Shown here piece after piece: positions 8,547-19,172 of a stretch of DNA of 38,969 nt. Both the position numbers and the translations under genes were made by a program. Below the pieces are notes generated by a model. That model was not told where the DNA came from, ran no database searches, and saw only the letters and a list, made by a program, of their open reading frames with translations. Source of the stretch: an uncultured Dehalococcoidales bacterium (lineage in GTDB: Bacteria > Chloroflexota > Dehalococcoidia > GIF9 > AB-539-J10); assembly GCA_964534285.1 (NCBI GenBank), contig CAZHQV010000001.1, positions 6,856 through 45,824 on the forward strand, given 5' to 3'. Position 1 is the stretch's first letter, and each line of letters opens with the position of its first letter.

Positions 8547-9182
8547 CTACTCTTCATGTGACGAGACTGCTTCAGGGATTTCAGCCGCTTCTTTGGCTAT
8601 GACCTCCTCCTCTATCTTCTCTTCAGGCCGTGAGGTGATTCTCACTACCACCAGCTCTGGGTCGTTAAGAACAGCAATCTCCTCGCCCACTTCAACGTCT
8701 CCTGCTCGTATCACTTGCTCCGGATCGGTGAGGGCACTGAGATCCAGTTCTACGCTGGCGGGAATTTCTGATGGGAGACACTCGACAGTCAGAGTGTTGA
8801 GCTCCTGCAGCAGCGTATTACCTCTTGCCCTCGACGCTGGTGCTTCTCCGACTAAAACAACGGGAACCTCTACCTTTATCTTTTCCGCCATTCTAACCTG
8901 GTAGAAGTCTACGTGGAGTAGTTCGCCCCGTCGCGACCCTCTCTGAATTTCACGAACCACAACGCTCCTCTGACTTCTGTCGTTACCGAGCTTCAGAGCG
9001 ACAAGAGCCGCGTGCCCCGATTGAGCCAACACGCGCTGAAGCCCGTCGGTGTCACACTGCAATGCCAGTGACTTGATGTCGCGGCCAAAAAGGTGCACCG
9101 GCGTAATCCCTTGTCGGCGCAGGAACCTGACTTTTTTGCCCAGGATTTCCCGTTTGCTAACCTCCAACTCTACTTGGTCCAT
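8547..9182 (-). CDS. rplY: 50S ribosomal protein L25 / general stress protein Ctc
   Basis: 211-aa ORF with a long-form L25/Ctc layout (RRQGITPVHLFG..., HVDFYQV, acidic C-terminal tail). SD TAAGGGGG. Confidence 0.85.
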   Translation of the reverse strand: MDQVELEVSKREILGKKVRFLRRQGITPVHLFGRDIKSLALQCDTDGLQRVLAQSGHAALVALKLGNDRSQRSVVVREIQRGSRRGELLHVDFYQVRMAEKIKVEVPVVLVGEAPASRARGNTLLQELNTLTVECLPSEIPASVELDLSALTDPEQVIRAGDVEVGEEIAVLNDPELVVVRITSRPEEKIEEEVIAKEAAEIPEAVSSHEE

Positions 9183-9788
9183 TCTAGCCCCCTTAAGAGT
9201 CGACGCGCTTCTATATGAGGTCGTACTCCCATTTGTGACTTGGCATGCCTCGTCGGCCTTCCTGCATCCTTGACCTTCGTAGCACTCCCCCTGAGAGACA
9301 CTATCTAGGCCTCTTGCCCCCGTTCTCTGCCGACTTCGCAGATCTCACCTTCGCGGAAGACAGCGCACACGTCCCGGGCTATTTCGGGGAAGTCCTACCG
9401 ACGTGATGAACTTAGGCCAGGCCTGCCTGGTGTGTGACGACAATAATAGCAGACAAGGGGCTTGCGGGCAAGATAGCTCGCTGTTTTGGCTCTTTGACGA
9501 CTGTGGTTCTCCTCTGGCGTGGTTACTGTTCTGGTGGAAGAACTTGAGCCGTGTCATGTGGTGGGGGTATTGGCATGATTGGTGGCCAGCGACAACGTTT
9601 CCTCATCGGCTAGCCAAGAAGACTGCTGCAACTCAACTAGGTCGAGTTGCCTGCTGCTTTTCAGCCGTCTGGGATTGAAGAATAGTGAGCCTTTTCGGTG
9701 TCTTGAGCAGTTCGGCGCATGAGACTACAATATTATACTTGGCACAGAAGGCGAATGCTTTCCACGATAAGCTGGTAGGTGATATCAG

Positions 9789-11516
9789 GTGGGTATGTCC
9801 GGCAAGAACCGAAGGGTGGCACCGGAGCCGTCAAATGAGTCGCGAAGGGCAGGCTTGCAGGATACAACTGCATGGGTGCAGGCGGACATGGAGATGCTCA
9901 TCGACATCCTGGAGACGCTGAGTGAGAGCGGGAGTATGAATGAATGCCTAGAGCGGCTGGTGGAGCATGTAAGGGACTATTCAGGATGTGGCTGTGTGGG
10001 GATCCGGCTCTTGGATGACGAGGGGAATATTCCTTACGCTTCTGCCATCGGTTTCAGTCCGGAGTTTCACGAGAGTGCAAGTCCTATATGTATCGAGTCC
10101 GACAAGTGTCTGTGCGCTAATGTGGTAATGGGCAACGTTGCTCTTGGGCCTCCGTTCCATACTGATGGTGGCTCCTTCCTAACCAATGGTATGACGGGGT
10201 TTCTTTCTTCGGCCCCCGAGGAGACCGGGGCCTGGAGGGGGAATGTGTGTAGCCAATGTGGCTATGAGTCCGTGGCGCTTGTGCCGCTGAGACATAAAGA
10301 CAGAACCTTAGGTCTAATCCACCTGGCTGATCAAATGGAAAACAAGATTCCCGTGGAAAAAGTTCGATTTCTGGAGCGGGTAGGGGCCTATGTTGGGGAG
10401 GCCCTGCACACCTTCATGGCTGATGAGGCGCTTCGAGAGAGCGAAGAGCGTTACCGGACTCTCTATGAAGACGCCCCTGTTGCCTACTTCTCCGTTGGGG
10501 GAAACAACTACATTGAGCGGGCTAACCGCAGTGCTACGGAACTACTTGGCTATAGCTTGGATGAGCTGATTGGGCGACCGGTGTTTGACCTGTATGCTGA
10601 TACGCCAAATGGGAAGGCGAAGGCACAGGAGCTGTTTCGGTGGTTTCTCGCTGGCGAAGAGATATGCGACCAAGAGCTGGAGATGTGCCGCGCCGACGGC
10701 AGTAACGTTTGGATTAGTCTGTCAGTGCGGCCGATTCGCGACAAAGAAGGACGGGTTGTGGCCAGCCGCTCGGCGATAGTGGATATCAGCGAGCGCAAGA
10801 AACTGGACGAGATGAAAGACGACCTTATCGGCCTTGTGTCCCATGAACTGCGTACGCCCTTGACTGTGATCATGGGCTCTCTGAATACGGTCTTAAGCGA
10901 GGGAGAACGTCTATCTGCGGAGGATACACAGCAGCTTCTGCAAGACGCAGCCCAGGAGACGGAGTCGTTGTCTCATCTGTTGGGAAATTTGCTTGAGCTG
11001 TCCCGTGCTCAGGCCGAGCGGTTGTTTCTTTACACCGAGCCAGTCAGCATCCAAAGCGTCATTGAAGAAACCGTTAGCAACATTAGCCGCCAATCTCCGA
11101 CACATCAGTTTGCAATAGACCTCCCCAAGCAACTTGCTCCGGTTGACGTTGACGCGTTGAGACTGGAGCGTATCTTGCTCAACCTCCTGCAGAATGCGGT
11201 CAAATACTCGCCCTCTGGCAGCCAGATAAGGGTCTTTGCCAAAGGGGAGAGAGAGCATTTGGTTGTTGGAATCAGCGACGAAGGCAGTGGTATATCTCCC
11301 CGCGATCAAGCCAAGCTATTTAGACCCTTCGAAAGGCTTGAAAGCTCAGAACCCGGCAGAGCTAAAGGGATTGGGCTGGGGCTACTAGTGTGTAAGAGGC
11401 TCGTGGAGGCCCATGGTGGCCAGATCTGGGTCGAGTCGGAACCTGGCCAGGGTTCTACCTTCTTCTTCAGACTGCCTTTCAGCCGCAGAGAAAAGGACGG
11501 CCACATTCCTTCTTGA
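9789..11516 (+). CDS. Sensor histidine kinase (Cys-rich GAF, PAS, HisKA, HATPase_c). No adjacent response regulator.
   Basis: H-box SHELRTPLT, N-box LLNLLQNAVKYS, G-boxes DEGSGI and GIGLGL. PAS segment after ESEERYRTLYEDAPVAYF. The start is uncertain (GTG 9789, ATG 9795 or the downstream MEML). Confidence 0.85.
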   Translation: MGMSGKNRRVAPEPSNESRRAGLQDTTAWVQADMEMLIDILETLSESGSMNECLERLVEHVRDYSGCGCVGIRLLDDEGNIPYASAIGFSPEFHESASPICIESDKCLCANVVMGNVALGPPFHTDGGSFLTNGMTGFLSSAPEETGAWRGNVCSQCGYESVALVPLRHKDRTLGLIHLADQMENKIPVEKVRFLERVGAYVGEALHTFMADEALRESEERYRTLYEDAPVAYFSVGGNNYIERANRSATELLGYSLDELIGRPVFDLYADTPNGKAKAQELFRWFLAGEEICDQELEMCRADGSNVWISLSVRPIRDKEGRVVASRSAIVDISERKKLDEMKDDLIGLVSHELRTPLTVIMGSLNTVLSEGERLSAEDTQQLLQDAAQETESLSHLLGNLLELSRAQAERLFLYTEPVSIQSVIEETVSNISRQSPTHQFAIDLPKQLAPVDVDALRLERILLNLLQNAVKYSPSGSQIRVFAKGEREHLVVGISDEGSGISPRDQAKLFRPFERLESSEPGRAKGIGLGLLVCKRLVEAHGGQIWVESEPGQGSTFFFRLPFSRREKDGHIPS

Positions 11517-11745
11517 CCTAGACGAGACTCCAATGCGTATGCTTTGGAGGGCCGTTACTCTCCTTGGTTCAATTGACCTCTAGAGGGATTGACTTCTGTC
11601 ACTGCTCAGCTCTCCGCCCGGTGAGCAAGCTACGCATTGAGATATTAGCTCAAGTCACTAAGCTTTCGGTGAGTATCTTTTTGGTGCGTTCGCATCACCT
11701 ACTGGCTTGGTGATGGGTACTGCAGAGCTACCGCGTGGTATCTGG

Positions 11746-12309
11746 CTACACAAGCTGCTGACCGAGACGGAAGGCATCTCGCAAAGCTGTAGGGTGCTCC
11801 TTGATTTCCGCCTTGCCATCAATTCCTCTAATCAACAAATCACCAGTATATCTCACCCCGATGGCATCAAAGAAATACTTCACGGTGAGCACCGCGCCAT
11901 CAAACAGCTTGCTGCCTCGAGTAGCACCAACCGAGATGAATACTCCTCTCCGTATTCGATTGTCTTCCTTTCCCATACCCAAAACATGTCTCCTTACCCA
12001 AAGTGCCTGGCACCTATCCACTACTGCCTTTGCCTGGCTGGTGAGCCCGTAGAAGAATATCGGCGAGGCGAAAACGATGTGGTCTGCTTGGAGGATTCTT
12101 TCGTACAGCCATTGCATGTCATCCTTGATTGCACAGTCCCCGTCTTTGAGACAGGCGTATATCTCCCGACACGGGGAGACTTTGAGTTCCGATACAACCA
12201 CTTTCTCCACTTCTGCCTCTATTTCTTTGGCACCTGCCAGTGCTGAATCAAGAAGGATTTCGGTGTTGCTTTGCCTTCTGGGGCTGCCCATGATACCTAA
12301 GATTCTCAT
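11746..12309 (-). CDS. Flavodoxin-fold NADPH-dependent FMN reductase / iron-sulfur flavoprotein-like protein
   Basis: MRILGIMGSPRRQSNTE... N-terminus and IVFASPIFFYGLTSQAK are typical of the FMN_red family. I use the internal ATG at 12309. The upstream 59 codons of the listed ORF overlap the decayed Hsp20 frame. Confidence 0.75.
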   Translation of the reverse strand: MRILGIMGSPRRQSNTEILLDSALAGAKEIEAEVEKVVVSELKVSPCREIYACLKDGDCAIKDDMQWLYERILQADHIVFASPIFFYGLTSQAKAVVDRCQALWVRRHVLGMGKEDNRIRRGVFISVGATRGSKLFDGAVLTVKYFFDAIGVRYTGDLLIRGIDGKAEIKEHPTALRDAFRLGQQLV

Positions 12310-12310
12310 A

Positions 12311-12843
12311 TCACTCACTCCGCTTGAGAAGGGGGCCGCAATTACCAGATAATGGCAATGCTGGCATCGAGTTTGCGTTCCGCGATCTTGTGGCTTTGCT
12401 TTCCGGAATACTGTTGCCGTACCCAGCCTCCGCATCGCCGGGTTCCATGGCGGTAGTTGCGGAAAGCGATCTCTCGAACATGCCATAGCAGTGGCCCCAC
12501 AGATGGTGATTCTCCCCCTTGACCGCTTCCGGAGCTTTCTTTTGCCCCTTGATAGTCAAGGCATCTCCCATGGCCGAGACGTAAATCTCATCTTTCTCCA
12601 GTCGTGCCGGTTCGCCTTTAATGTTGTATTCCTTTCAGACCGTTCCCGGGATGGCAACCGCACCCTTACTGCAGGAAATCGCTCTTGCGCTATTGCAGGC
12701 GAAAGTCGGCTGACCATGTCTCTAGGCTGGCCTTCCATCTCGTCGAATTCTCTGCCCATCGCCCTAACACGTGTCCAGAAGATAGACTCTGGACCACTTC
12801 TTTCCCGTGCCGTACAACAATTCCTTCTGTGAGTCTTGATCAC
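12311..12843 (-). pseudogene. Hsp20/alpha-crystallin small heat-shock gene broken by frame changes
   Basis: Two consecutive overlapping ORFs lie in different frames. ORF 12556-12843 carries an N-terminal-like FDEMEG...FPAVRV. The next frame reads KEYNIKGEPARLEKDEIYVSAMGDALTIKGQKKAPEAVKGENHHLWGHCYGMFERSL, which matches the ACD core (LTIKGE...GExxxxERxYGxFxRS). A TGA lies immediately 5' of KEY in that frame. The C-terminal ...VFRKAKPQDR continues in a third frame. Confidence 0.55.
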
Positions 12844-13440
12844 CGTTGCGAGTCCTGCCTCTGTACTGGTGCACTGCCTATCTTAACACTGAACAAAGAG
12901 AATCCAAAGGCCATACCTATTTCCCAGTATCGGTGAGAGCTCAAGAAAGGACGCGAATGCTTTGTGAACAAGCCTTTCCTCGATGTCAGACACTGACATT
13001 CTTCGGCTACGTCGGTTGCCGTGCCAAATTGACCTGTGTTCTTGAGATGGCATCTGGCTGTTGCCACCATGACTGCCCTGCAACGCGTTTCAAGGGTAAA
13101 CCCGTGTTTTGCGAGGTCATGTCCAGTAATCCGTGGGCTTGGCCGCCAATGTTATTGGTGTCTGTGTCGCCAGACATGTGGACACAGTGGGAATAATGCC
13201 CCAGGAAACAATGCCGCCGCTCTTGATGAATTCGGCGGCCCTAGTAGTCTGGCTAGTCCATGGCCTGTGTCCCCGAGGGAGATCAGACGGTTCCTCATAA
13301 GGTCTTACGTCCTCACCCCCCACGAAGCTGCCCAGACTTTCTGTAGAGCGCTCAGGGTTTCTGGCGCCGGCTCGGCAGCTGATAGGCGTGGAAGCTTCTC
13401 CGCAGGATTGAAGATTACGGTGTGATTGGGTTTGGCTATT
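12840..13440 (-). pseudogene. Degraded remnant of a MetE-C-terminal/URO-D-like (cobalamin-independent methyltransferase fold) gene
   Basis: Protein-like fragments are spread over three frames: AAEFIKSGGIVSWGIIPTVS..., VATARCHLKNTGQFGTATDVAEE, and VSDIEERLVHKAFASFLEL. No intact ORF and no start codon. The family assignment rests on remembered motifs only. Confidence 0.3.
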
Positions 13441-13860
13441 TCATTCACCCATAATTTGAAGCATAATTTCTCGTGACCGCGGCCGGTTGTCGAAATCAAC
13501 GAACACTATTTGCTGCCAAGTGCCCAGGGTTAGTCTCTTGTCTACGAAAGGTATCGTCAGCGAAGCCCCGAGCACAGAGGCACGCACATGAGAATGGCCG
13601 TTTCCATCCCCCCAAGTTTTGTTGTGCTCATAGGGAAGGTTTTGAGGTATTACCCTGTCCCACATGTCTTTGAAATCGCTGACAAGCCTGGGCTCATATT
13701 CAATAGTGGTCATGCCGGCTGTTGAGCCTGTTATGAACAAAGTGACTGTACCATTGCTTATCCCTGACTGATTTACCTTCTCCGCAACCTCAGACGTTAT
13801 ATCGATAATGTCGCAGTTCCCCTTTGTTTGGATCGTGGTGCTCTTGGTAATTATGTTCAT
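13441..13860 (-). CDS. yjbQ: YjbQ/UPF0047 family protein (secondary thiamine-phosphate synthase)
   Basis: The internal ATG at 13860 gives 139 aa, MNIITKSTTIQTKGNCDIIDIT...GNGHSHVRASVLGASLTIPF...LGTWQQIVFVDFD, typical of UPF0047. The upstream part of the listed ORF is the translated repeat element (HCERSEAIS). Confidence 0.8.
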   Translation of the reverse strand: MNIITKSTTIQTKGNCDIIDITSEVAEKVNQSGISNGTVTLFITGSTAGMTTIEYEPRLVSDFKDMWDRVIPQNLPYEHNKTWGDGNGHSHVRASVLGASLTIPFVDKRLTLGTWQQIVFVDFDNRPRSREIMLQIMGE

Positions 13861-13879
13861 ATTCTCGTCTCCTCTCAAA

Positions 13880-13907
13880 GAGATTGCTTCACTTCGCTCG
13901 CAATGAC
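13880..13907 (-). repeat. Short hairpin repeat, GTCATTGCGAGCGAAGTGAAGCAATCTC (copy A)
   Basis: Read on the minus strand in the pyrK-yjbQ spacer. It has an ATTGC/GCAAT stem and is related to copy B at 20713-20746. Confidence 0.7.
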
Positions 13908-13918
13908 GGAATGATCGT

Positions 13919-14773
13919 TCATATTCGTACCTCCCTCCATATGATATCGTCCAATTCAAATATTGGCCCATCGCGGCATACCTGTTTTAGCCCTTTCTTA
14001 GTCTTCACGGTACAGGCATAGCAAGCTCCTATGCCGCATCCCATCCTTACTTCTAGCGAAACCTGGCATTTCTTAAGCTTGTCGTTTGCCGAGTCTGTCC
14101 TGACCCGGGTTGCCTGGCCGTTCTGCTCCCTCGGAATGACGCGAAGCGAAGGGCCCTGGGTGACAATCTGGTCTGCCATTGCTCTGTACATATCGACTGG
14201 TCCGCAGGCACATATTTGGTCGGCCCAATCCAGGAAATGAGGCAAGACATCGGTTACTATGCCCTTTTGGCCCATGCTGCCATCCTCCGTAACCGGGACG
14301 AATCGAACTAGCTCGGGCAAGGACTGTTGCTGGCAGAGACGAGCAGCCGTGGTTGCTCCGTGAATGAGAGTTACTGAGTGTTGTGCTGAACCATTCTGGG
14401 CCAAGAAGACAATAGGAGCAATGCCTATGCCTCCAGCCACCAGCAGCAAGTTGGTAGCTTCCCGGTCTATGCTGAACCCCTTGCCCAAGGGCCCAAGAAT
14501 GTCTATCCTGTCTCCTCTCCTGAGCTGTGAGAGCCAAAGAGTGCCTCTGCCCACTATGTTGAATAGTAGAGCAACTTGAGATTGATTCGCTTCACTTACA
14601 ATAGCAACTTGGTGTATGCTGAAAGGGCGACGGAGTGCCAGCCCTTCGCAGCGCACGGTAATAAATTGCCCTGGTTGTGCTGCCATGGCAATGTCTGGCG
14701 CCTCTATCCACATGATGTTCACACCAGGCATGAGTTCTGTATTGGAGTTGACAGCGGCGAGGAGCTGCTTCAA
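13919..14773 (-). CDS. pyrK: Dihydroorotate dehydrogenase (class 1B) electron-transfer subunit PyrK
   Basis: 284-aa FAD/NAD-binding ORF with the C-terminal 2Fe-2S motif CGIGACYAC...CRDGP. Its TTG start overlaps the carB stop (TTGA). Confidence 0.85.
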   Translation of the reverse strand: MKQLLAAVNSNTELMPGVNIMWIEAPDIAMAAQPGQFITVRCEGLALRRPFSIHQVAIVSEANQSQVALLFNIVGRGTLWLSQLRRGDRIDILGPLGKGFSIDREATNLLLVAGGIGIAPIVFLAQNGSAQHSVTLIHGATTAARLCQQQSLPELVRFVPVTEDGSMGQKGIVTDVLPHFLDWADQICACGPVDMYRAMADQIVTQGPSLRVIPREQNGQATRVRTDSANDKLKKCQVSLEVRMGCGIGACYACTVKTKKGLKQVCRDGPIFELDDIIWREVRI

Positions 14774-17700
14774 TTGGCCTTTTGCAAGGTTAGATATTCC
14801 CTGAGTGGTTGGATAGTGAAAATCTGATCAACGTTCGTCAGCGCTTCTATGGCGGCCCAGGCGGTATCTAACGAGGTGAAGCACGGTATTCTCTTTTCTG
14901 CAGCAGCACGCCTGATATCAAACCCGTCCTTTAGTGGGATACGCCCTCCGGTTACGGTATTGGTCACTCCATTCACAGAGTTGTCGCGGATAACATCAAC
15001 CACATTCGGGTGTCCTTCGCTCAGTTTCTTCGTCACCATTTTCACTGGAAGCCCTATGGCCTCAATCATAGCCGCAGTCCCTTCCGTGGCGTAAAGCCCA
15101 TAGTCAAGTGAATGTAACTCTCTGATCAAGGGCAGCGATTCAGCCTTGTCTCTGTCTGCAATGCTAAGGAGGAGACTGCCCTTTGGAGGCAGCATGAGTC
15201 CGGCGGCTGTAAGCGCCTTCAGTAAGGCAGGCTTGAAGCTGTAGTCGATGCCCATGACCTCACCTGTGGATTTCATCTCAGGGCCGAGGTAATTGTCCAC
15301 GCCGGTTAGCTTGGACATGGAGAAAACAGGAGCCTTTATCCCCACAAGTTTTTGTCTCTTCCATAATCCACCTTGATAGCCTTGTTTTTCGAGGCTCACG
15401 CCGGCCATTACTTTGGTGGCGATTCGGACCATAGGCACGCCAGTCACCTTGGAGATGAAGGGCACGGTTCGACTGGCACGAGGATTCACTTCGAAAACGT
15501 ATACCGATGAATGCCCATTTTCTCTCATGATCACCATTTGGACGTTCATTAAGCCCTTGATTTGCAGAGCCAATCCTATTCTGGTGGCGTAATCCCCCAC
15601 GGTCGCTACCTCTTGTTCAGTCAAATTCATCCCAGGGTAGATAGCTAGGGCGTCCCCACTGTGCACCCCAGCCCTTTCTATATGCTCCATTATGCCTGGG
15701 ATAAGCACCTGCTGCCCGTCACCAATAGCATCTACCTCGACTTCTTTACCCTGCAGGTATTTATCAATGAGAACCGGGTGCTGGCTATCTAGCTCCAGAG
15801 CCAATGTCAGGTAGCGAATTAGTTCAGTCTCCCCGTGGACAATCTCCATAGCCCTACCACCCAGAACATAGCTAGGGCGAACCAGCAATGGATAACCTAA
15901 GGACTTGGCTACTTTCAGTGCTTCTTCAATCGACGATACACCAGACCCCGGAGGCTGGGGGATACTCAACCTGTCTAGGAAATCCTCAAAGCGATGGCGG
16001 TCTTCAGCTATGTCTATAGCTTCGGCGCTGGAACCAAGTATGGGCATGCCGTTACGAGCTAGAGGCTGAGCCAGGTTGATAGGCGTTTGTCCACCAAGTT
16101 GAACAATAGAGGGGGGAGCAAGGTCGCCATGGCTTTCGTTCTCAAGTATATCTCGAACGCTCTCTTCATCCAGAGCTTCGAAGTAGAGGCGGTCGCTGGT
16201 GTCAAAATCGGTAGAGACTGTTTCCGGATTGGAATTCACTAAGATGCTCTTGACGCCCACTTCCTGAAGCGCCCAGGCTGAGTGCACGCAGCAATAGTCA
16301 AACTCAATCCCTTGTCCAATTCGTATGGGGCCACTGCCGATAACTACAGCCTTCTTGCCCCTCAAGGGTTCAGCTTCATTCTCCTTCTCATAAGTACTGT
16401 AGAAGTAAGGAGTCTCAGCATCGAATTCCGCAGCGCAGGTATCCACCATTTTGTACACCGGGCGAATTCCCCACTGACGGCGAATTTGCCTTACCTGCTC
16501 CGGTAGTCTGTCGGCAAGGACGCCAGCTTGTTCATCACTGAAGCCCAGCCTCTTTGCCTCCCATAGGAGTTCTGGCTTCAACGTCTCAGAGAGAAGTCGG
16601 CTTTCCATGTCAACGATGTTCTGAAGCTTATAGACAAACCACGGGTCTATGCCGGTGAGGCGAGAGAGCTCTTCAGGCGTGGCTTCCCTTCTTAGCGCTG
16701 CCATGATGGCCCAAATCCGCAAGTCATTGGGATGCAGCGGGTAGGAATCCATCCCTTCGCCCTTGCTCCAAGCGGGGTCTTCCCAGAGAAGAGTTCGGTT
16801 GCCAAATTCCAGGGAGCGGACTGCCTTTTGCACGGCAGCCTCAAAACACCTGTCAATTGTCATTACCTCGCCGGTGGCTTTCATCTGGCTGCCGATTGCG
16901 CGATCGCCCAAGGCGAATTTGTCGAAAGGCCACCTTGGGATTTTGACCACGCAATAATCCAGAGCGGGCTCAAAAGACGCCAGCGTTTTGCCTGTGACTT
17001 TGTTGGGTATCTCATCAAGCCTTTTGCCTATAGCTATCTTGGCAGCGACTCGAGCGATGGGGTATCCCGTGGCTTTGCTCGCCAGAGCTGAGCTGCGGCT
17101 GACGCGCGGATTGACTTCAATTACGTGATATTGGCTTGCTGCAACTCCTTTCTGGTCTGGAGCCCACTTTTCAGCAACTACTGGGTGAGGAGTGAGGGCA
17201 AACTGTATGTTGCAGCCACCCTCAACGCCTAGAGCCTTTATGATTCTCAGGCTTGCTGACCTAAGCATCTGATATTCCTTGTCGGTGAGGGTTTGACTGG
17301 GAGCTACCACAATGCTGTCGCCGGTATGGACCCCCATAGGGTCAACGTTCTCCATATCACAGACGGTAATGCAGTTGTCGGCGGCATCTCGCATAACTTC
17401 ATATTCAATTTCTTTCCAGCCCAGAACGCATTGCTCCACCAGGACTTCATGGCTCATGCTGCTATCCAGGCCATTTGCCACTATGGCCTCTAGCTGATTC
17501 ATGGTGTGGGCAATGCCGCCGCCAGTACCACCCAGGGTATAGGAAGGGCGGACGATGAGAGGCAAGCCGATAGACCTCGCCAGCTCTGCAGCTTCCGCCA
17601 CCGATTTCACTGTGGCGCTCTGTGGCACAGGCTCGCCAATATCGATAAGAAGTCTCTTGAACAAAGACCTCTCCTCTGCCTTCTTTATCGTTTCCACAGG

Positions 17701-18045
17701 CGTGCCCAGAAGCTTTACGTCGTACTTGTCAAGTATGCCGGCGTCGGATAACTCCACCGCCAGGTTTAGACCCGTCTGACCTCCAAGAGTGGGCAGCAAT
17801 CCGTCGGGACGCTCCCTCTCAATCACGCGGGCCAGGACTTGCACGGTGAGAGGCTCAATGTAGACGATGTCAGCAATGCCCTCATCGGTCATTATGGTAG
17901 CAGGGTTCGAGTTCACCAGGACTGTGGTGACGCCTTCTTCCCTCAGGGCCCGGCACGCCTGAGTTCCTGAATAGTCGAACTCGGCCGCTTGGCCGATGAT
18001 TATCGGTCCCGAGCCTATGACTAAGACTTTAGATATTTTGGACAT
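14770..18045 (-). CDS. carB: Carbamoyl-phosphate synthase large subunit
   Basis: Duplicated ATP-grasp architecture plus an MGS-like C-terminus. Canonical N-terminus [27 protein letters not shown] from the ATG at 18045. The listed ORF adds 17 non-conserved codons. Confidence 0.95.
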   Translation of the reverse strand: MSKISKVLVIGSGPIIIGQAAEFDYSGTQACRALREEGVTTVLVNSNPATIMTDEGIADIVYIEPLTVQVLARVIERERPDGLLPTLGGQTGLNLAVELSDAGILDKYDVKLLGTPVETIKKAEERSLFKRLLIDIGEPVPQSATVKSVAEAAELARSIGLPLIVRPSYTLGGTGGGIAHTMNQLEAIVANGLDSSMSHEVLVEQCVLGWKEIEYEVMRDAADNCITVCDMENVDPMGVHTGDSIVVAPSQTLTDKEYQMLRSASLRIIKALGVEGGCNIQFALTPHPVVAEKWAPDQKGVAASQYHVIEVNPRVSRSSALASKATGYPIARVAAKIAIGKRLDEIPNKVTGKTLASFEPALDYCVVKIPRWPFDKFALGDRAIGSQMKATGEVMTIDRCFEAAVQKAVRSLEFGNRTLLWEDPAWSKGEGMDSYPLHPNDLRIWAIMAALRREATPEELSRLTGIDPWFVYKLQNIVDMESRLLSETLKPELLWEAKRLGFSDEQAGVLADRLPEQVRQIRRQWGIRPVYKMVDTCAAEFDAETPYFYSTYEKENEAEPLRGKKAVVIGSGPIRIGQGIEFDYCCVHSAWALQEVGVKSILVNSNPETVSTDFDTSDRLYFEALDEESVRDILENESHGDLAPPSIVQLGGQTPINLAQPLARNGMPILGSSAEAIDIAEDRHRFEDFLDRLSIPQPPGSGVSSIEEALKVAKSLGYPLLVRPSYVLGGRAMEIVHGETELIRYLTLALELDSQHPVLIDKYLQGKEVEVDAIGDGQQVLIPGIMEHIERAGVHSGDALAIYPGMNLTEQEVATVGDYATRIGLALQIKGLMNVQMVIMRENGHSSVYVFEVNPRASRTVPFISKVTGVPMVRIATKVMAGVSLEKQGYQGGLWKRQKLVGIKAPVFSMSKLTGVDNYLGPEMKSTGEVMGIDYSFKPALLKALTAAGLMLPPKGSLLLSIADRDKAESLPLIRELHSLDYGLYATEGTAAMIEAIGLPVKMVTKKLSEGHPNVVDVIRDNSVNGVTNTVTGGRIPLKDGFDIRRAAAEKRIPCFTSLDTAWAAIEALTNVDQIFTIQPLREYLTLQKAN

Positions 18046-18049
18046 ATTC

Positions 18050-19138
18050 TCACTGCTCACTAGATTCCATCTGTTGGCATAGAGCCATAACAGCATCTTG
18101 AAAGTTCCTTAGATTTTCTGCTTCCGTAAGAACCATTGTTGTTATACCAGGGAATTTACCGATGCTTACAACCTCTTCACGGATGTTAATACCCGGAATC
18201 TCATTTAATTTTGCTCTGAAGGATTCTAAAATCACTTCTTTTACGTTTGTGCCTTTCATTTGTCCAAAGTTGAGCCAAATCCAACCATCGGACTGAACTG
18301 TGAAAATTGAGACCAAGATTCCAAATCTTAGCTTGCGAAAGGTGAACGACCCTACCAATGCTCCGGTCCCCCAAGATGTCTTATCTGCGTTGCTCTTGGT
18401 GAAGTCATATAGTTCCTTAACGGTATTTACTGCCTCTTCCTCACATTTTCCTTCTAAATCGGTGAAGAACCTTTCCTCATCCCAATGCTTTCTTTTCTCG
18501 CGTGTTTTGGTAATTCTAGTAGCATATCCAAATAATGATGGGATTAAAATGCTCCTCGACCTACTTTCCTCGAAGCTACTTACCTGGAGAAGCAGAATAT
18601 CAAAATTACTGTAGGAATTAAGGAAGGTAACGGTTGCCCTGAGCGGCTCAACAAGCTCGTCTACTGCTATAATGCATCGTATTTTACCGTCTATTAGGTT
18701 CTGCTCGATGTTAGACCTGAAATCCTCAGCCAAAAATTCCTCTTCACTCCTTTCCCCTATAATTTCATCAAGATTCGATTTTAGGTAACCGTTGGCCACT
18801 CTATAGACATCATCTGCCGTCCACTTCGATATGTAAGAGGCGTATTCTATGATCTGTCCAATAACTGTGCGGCGTGCCTCAGGATTTCTAGCCAACTTAG
18901 TCTCTATTACAGTTAGAAGCCCATCTTTATCAATAAAGAGTAAATCTATAGACCCTGAAGGAACACCGACTTCCCTCCCGATGCATAGAAGGTCAGAGGC
19001 ACCCTCTACTATTTCCCCTAGCGGGATTAAAGACGGATACTTCTCCAGATAATCCTGCAACTTACCCTCCTCAGTGAATCTAGTCTTGTCTAGGGGTGTT
19101 GCTTTGTCTCCTTCAATAACCAGTATCATTCCCATCAT
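18050..19138 (-). CDS. Hypothetical protein with an N-terminal PD-(D/E)xK (NucS/DUF91-like) nuclease domain and an unrecognised ~230-aa C-terminal region
   Basis: 362-aa [19 protein letters not shown]...[54 protein letters not shown] fits the RecB-like nuclease pattern (D...D...ExK...Q..Y). The DNA is AT-rich compared with its flanks. Its stop lies 4 nt before the carB ATG. Confidence 0.6.
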   Translation of the reverse strand: MMGMILVIEGDKATPLDKTRFTEEGKLQDYLEKYPSLIPLGEIVEGASDLLCIGREVGVPSGSIDLLFIDKDGLLTVIETKLARNPEARRTVIGQIIEYASYISKWTADDVYRVANGYLKSNLDEIIGERSEEEFLAEDFRSNIEQNLIDGKIRCIIAVDELVEPLRATVTFLNSYSNFDILLLQVSSFEESRSRSILIPSLFGYATRITKTREKRKHWDEERFFTDLEGKCEEEAVNTVKELYDFTKSNADKTSWGTGALVGSFTFRKLRFGILVSIFTVQSDGWIWLNFGQMKGTNVKEVILESFRAKLNEIPGINIREEVVSIGKFPGITTMVLTEAENLRNFQDAVMALCQQMESSEQ

Positions 19139-19172
19139 GACTATTCGTGGCCCAAGTCTTCTTGAGCACTCT

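Noticed and set aside
9403-9678. 91-aa Trp-rich ORF in the L25 / histidine-kinase divergent spacer
   Set aside because: Its composition (WW/WWW runs, Cys-rich) is not protein-like, no SD is present, and it overlaps an equally poor antisense ORF.
14849-17779. Many 60-120-aa plus-strand ORFs inside carB, with similar antisense ORFs inside pyrC, pyrB, AOR and the MttB genes
   Set aside because: They lie entirely within, and antisense or out of frame to, long well-supported genes, and they have biased, non-protein-like composition.
18046-18096. N-terminal extensions of listed ORFs (carB 17 codons; also yjbQ 13861-13971, the flavoprotein 12310-12486, MttB-1 37557-37673, and the small membrane protein 19581-19730)
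   Set aside because: In each case an internal ATG gives the canonical family N-terminus, usually with an SD or a 4-nt overlap with the upstream gene. The extensions overlap neighbouring genes or the repeat element.
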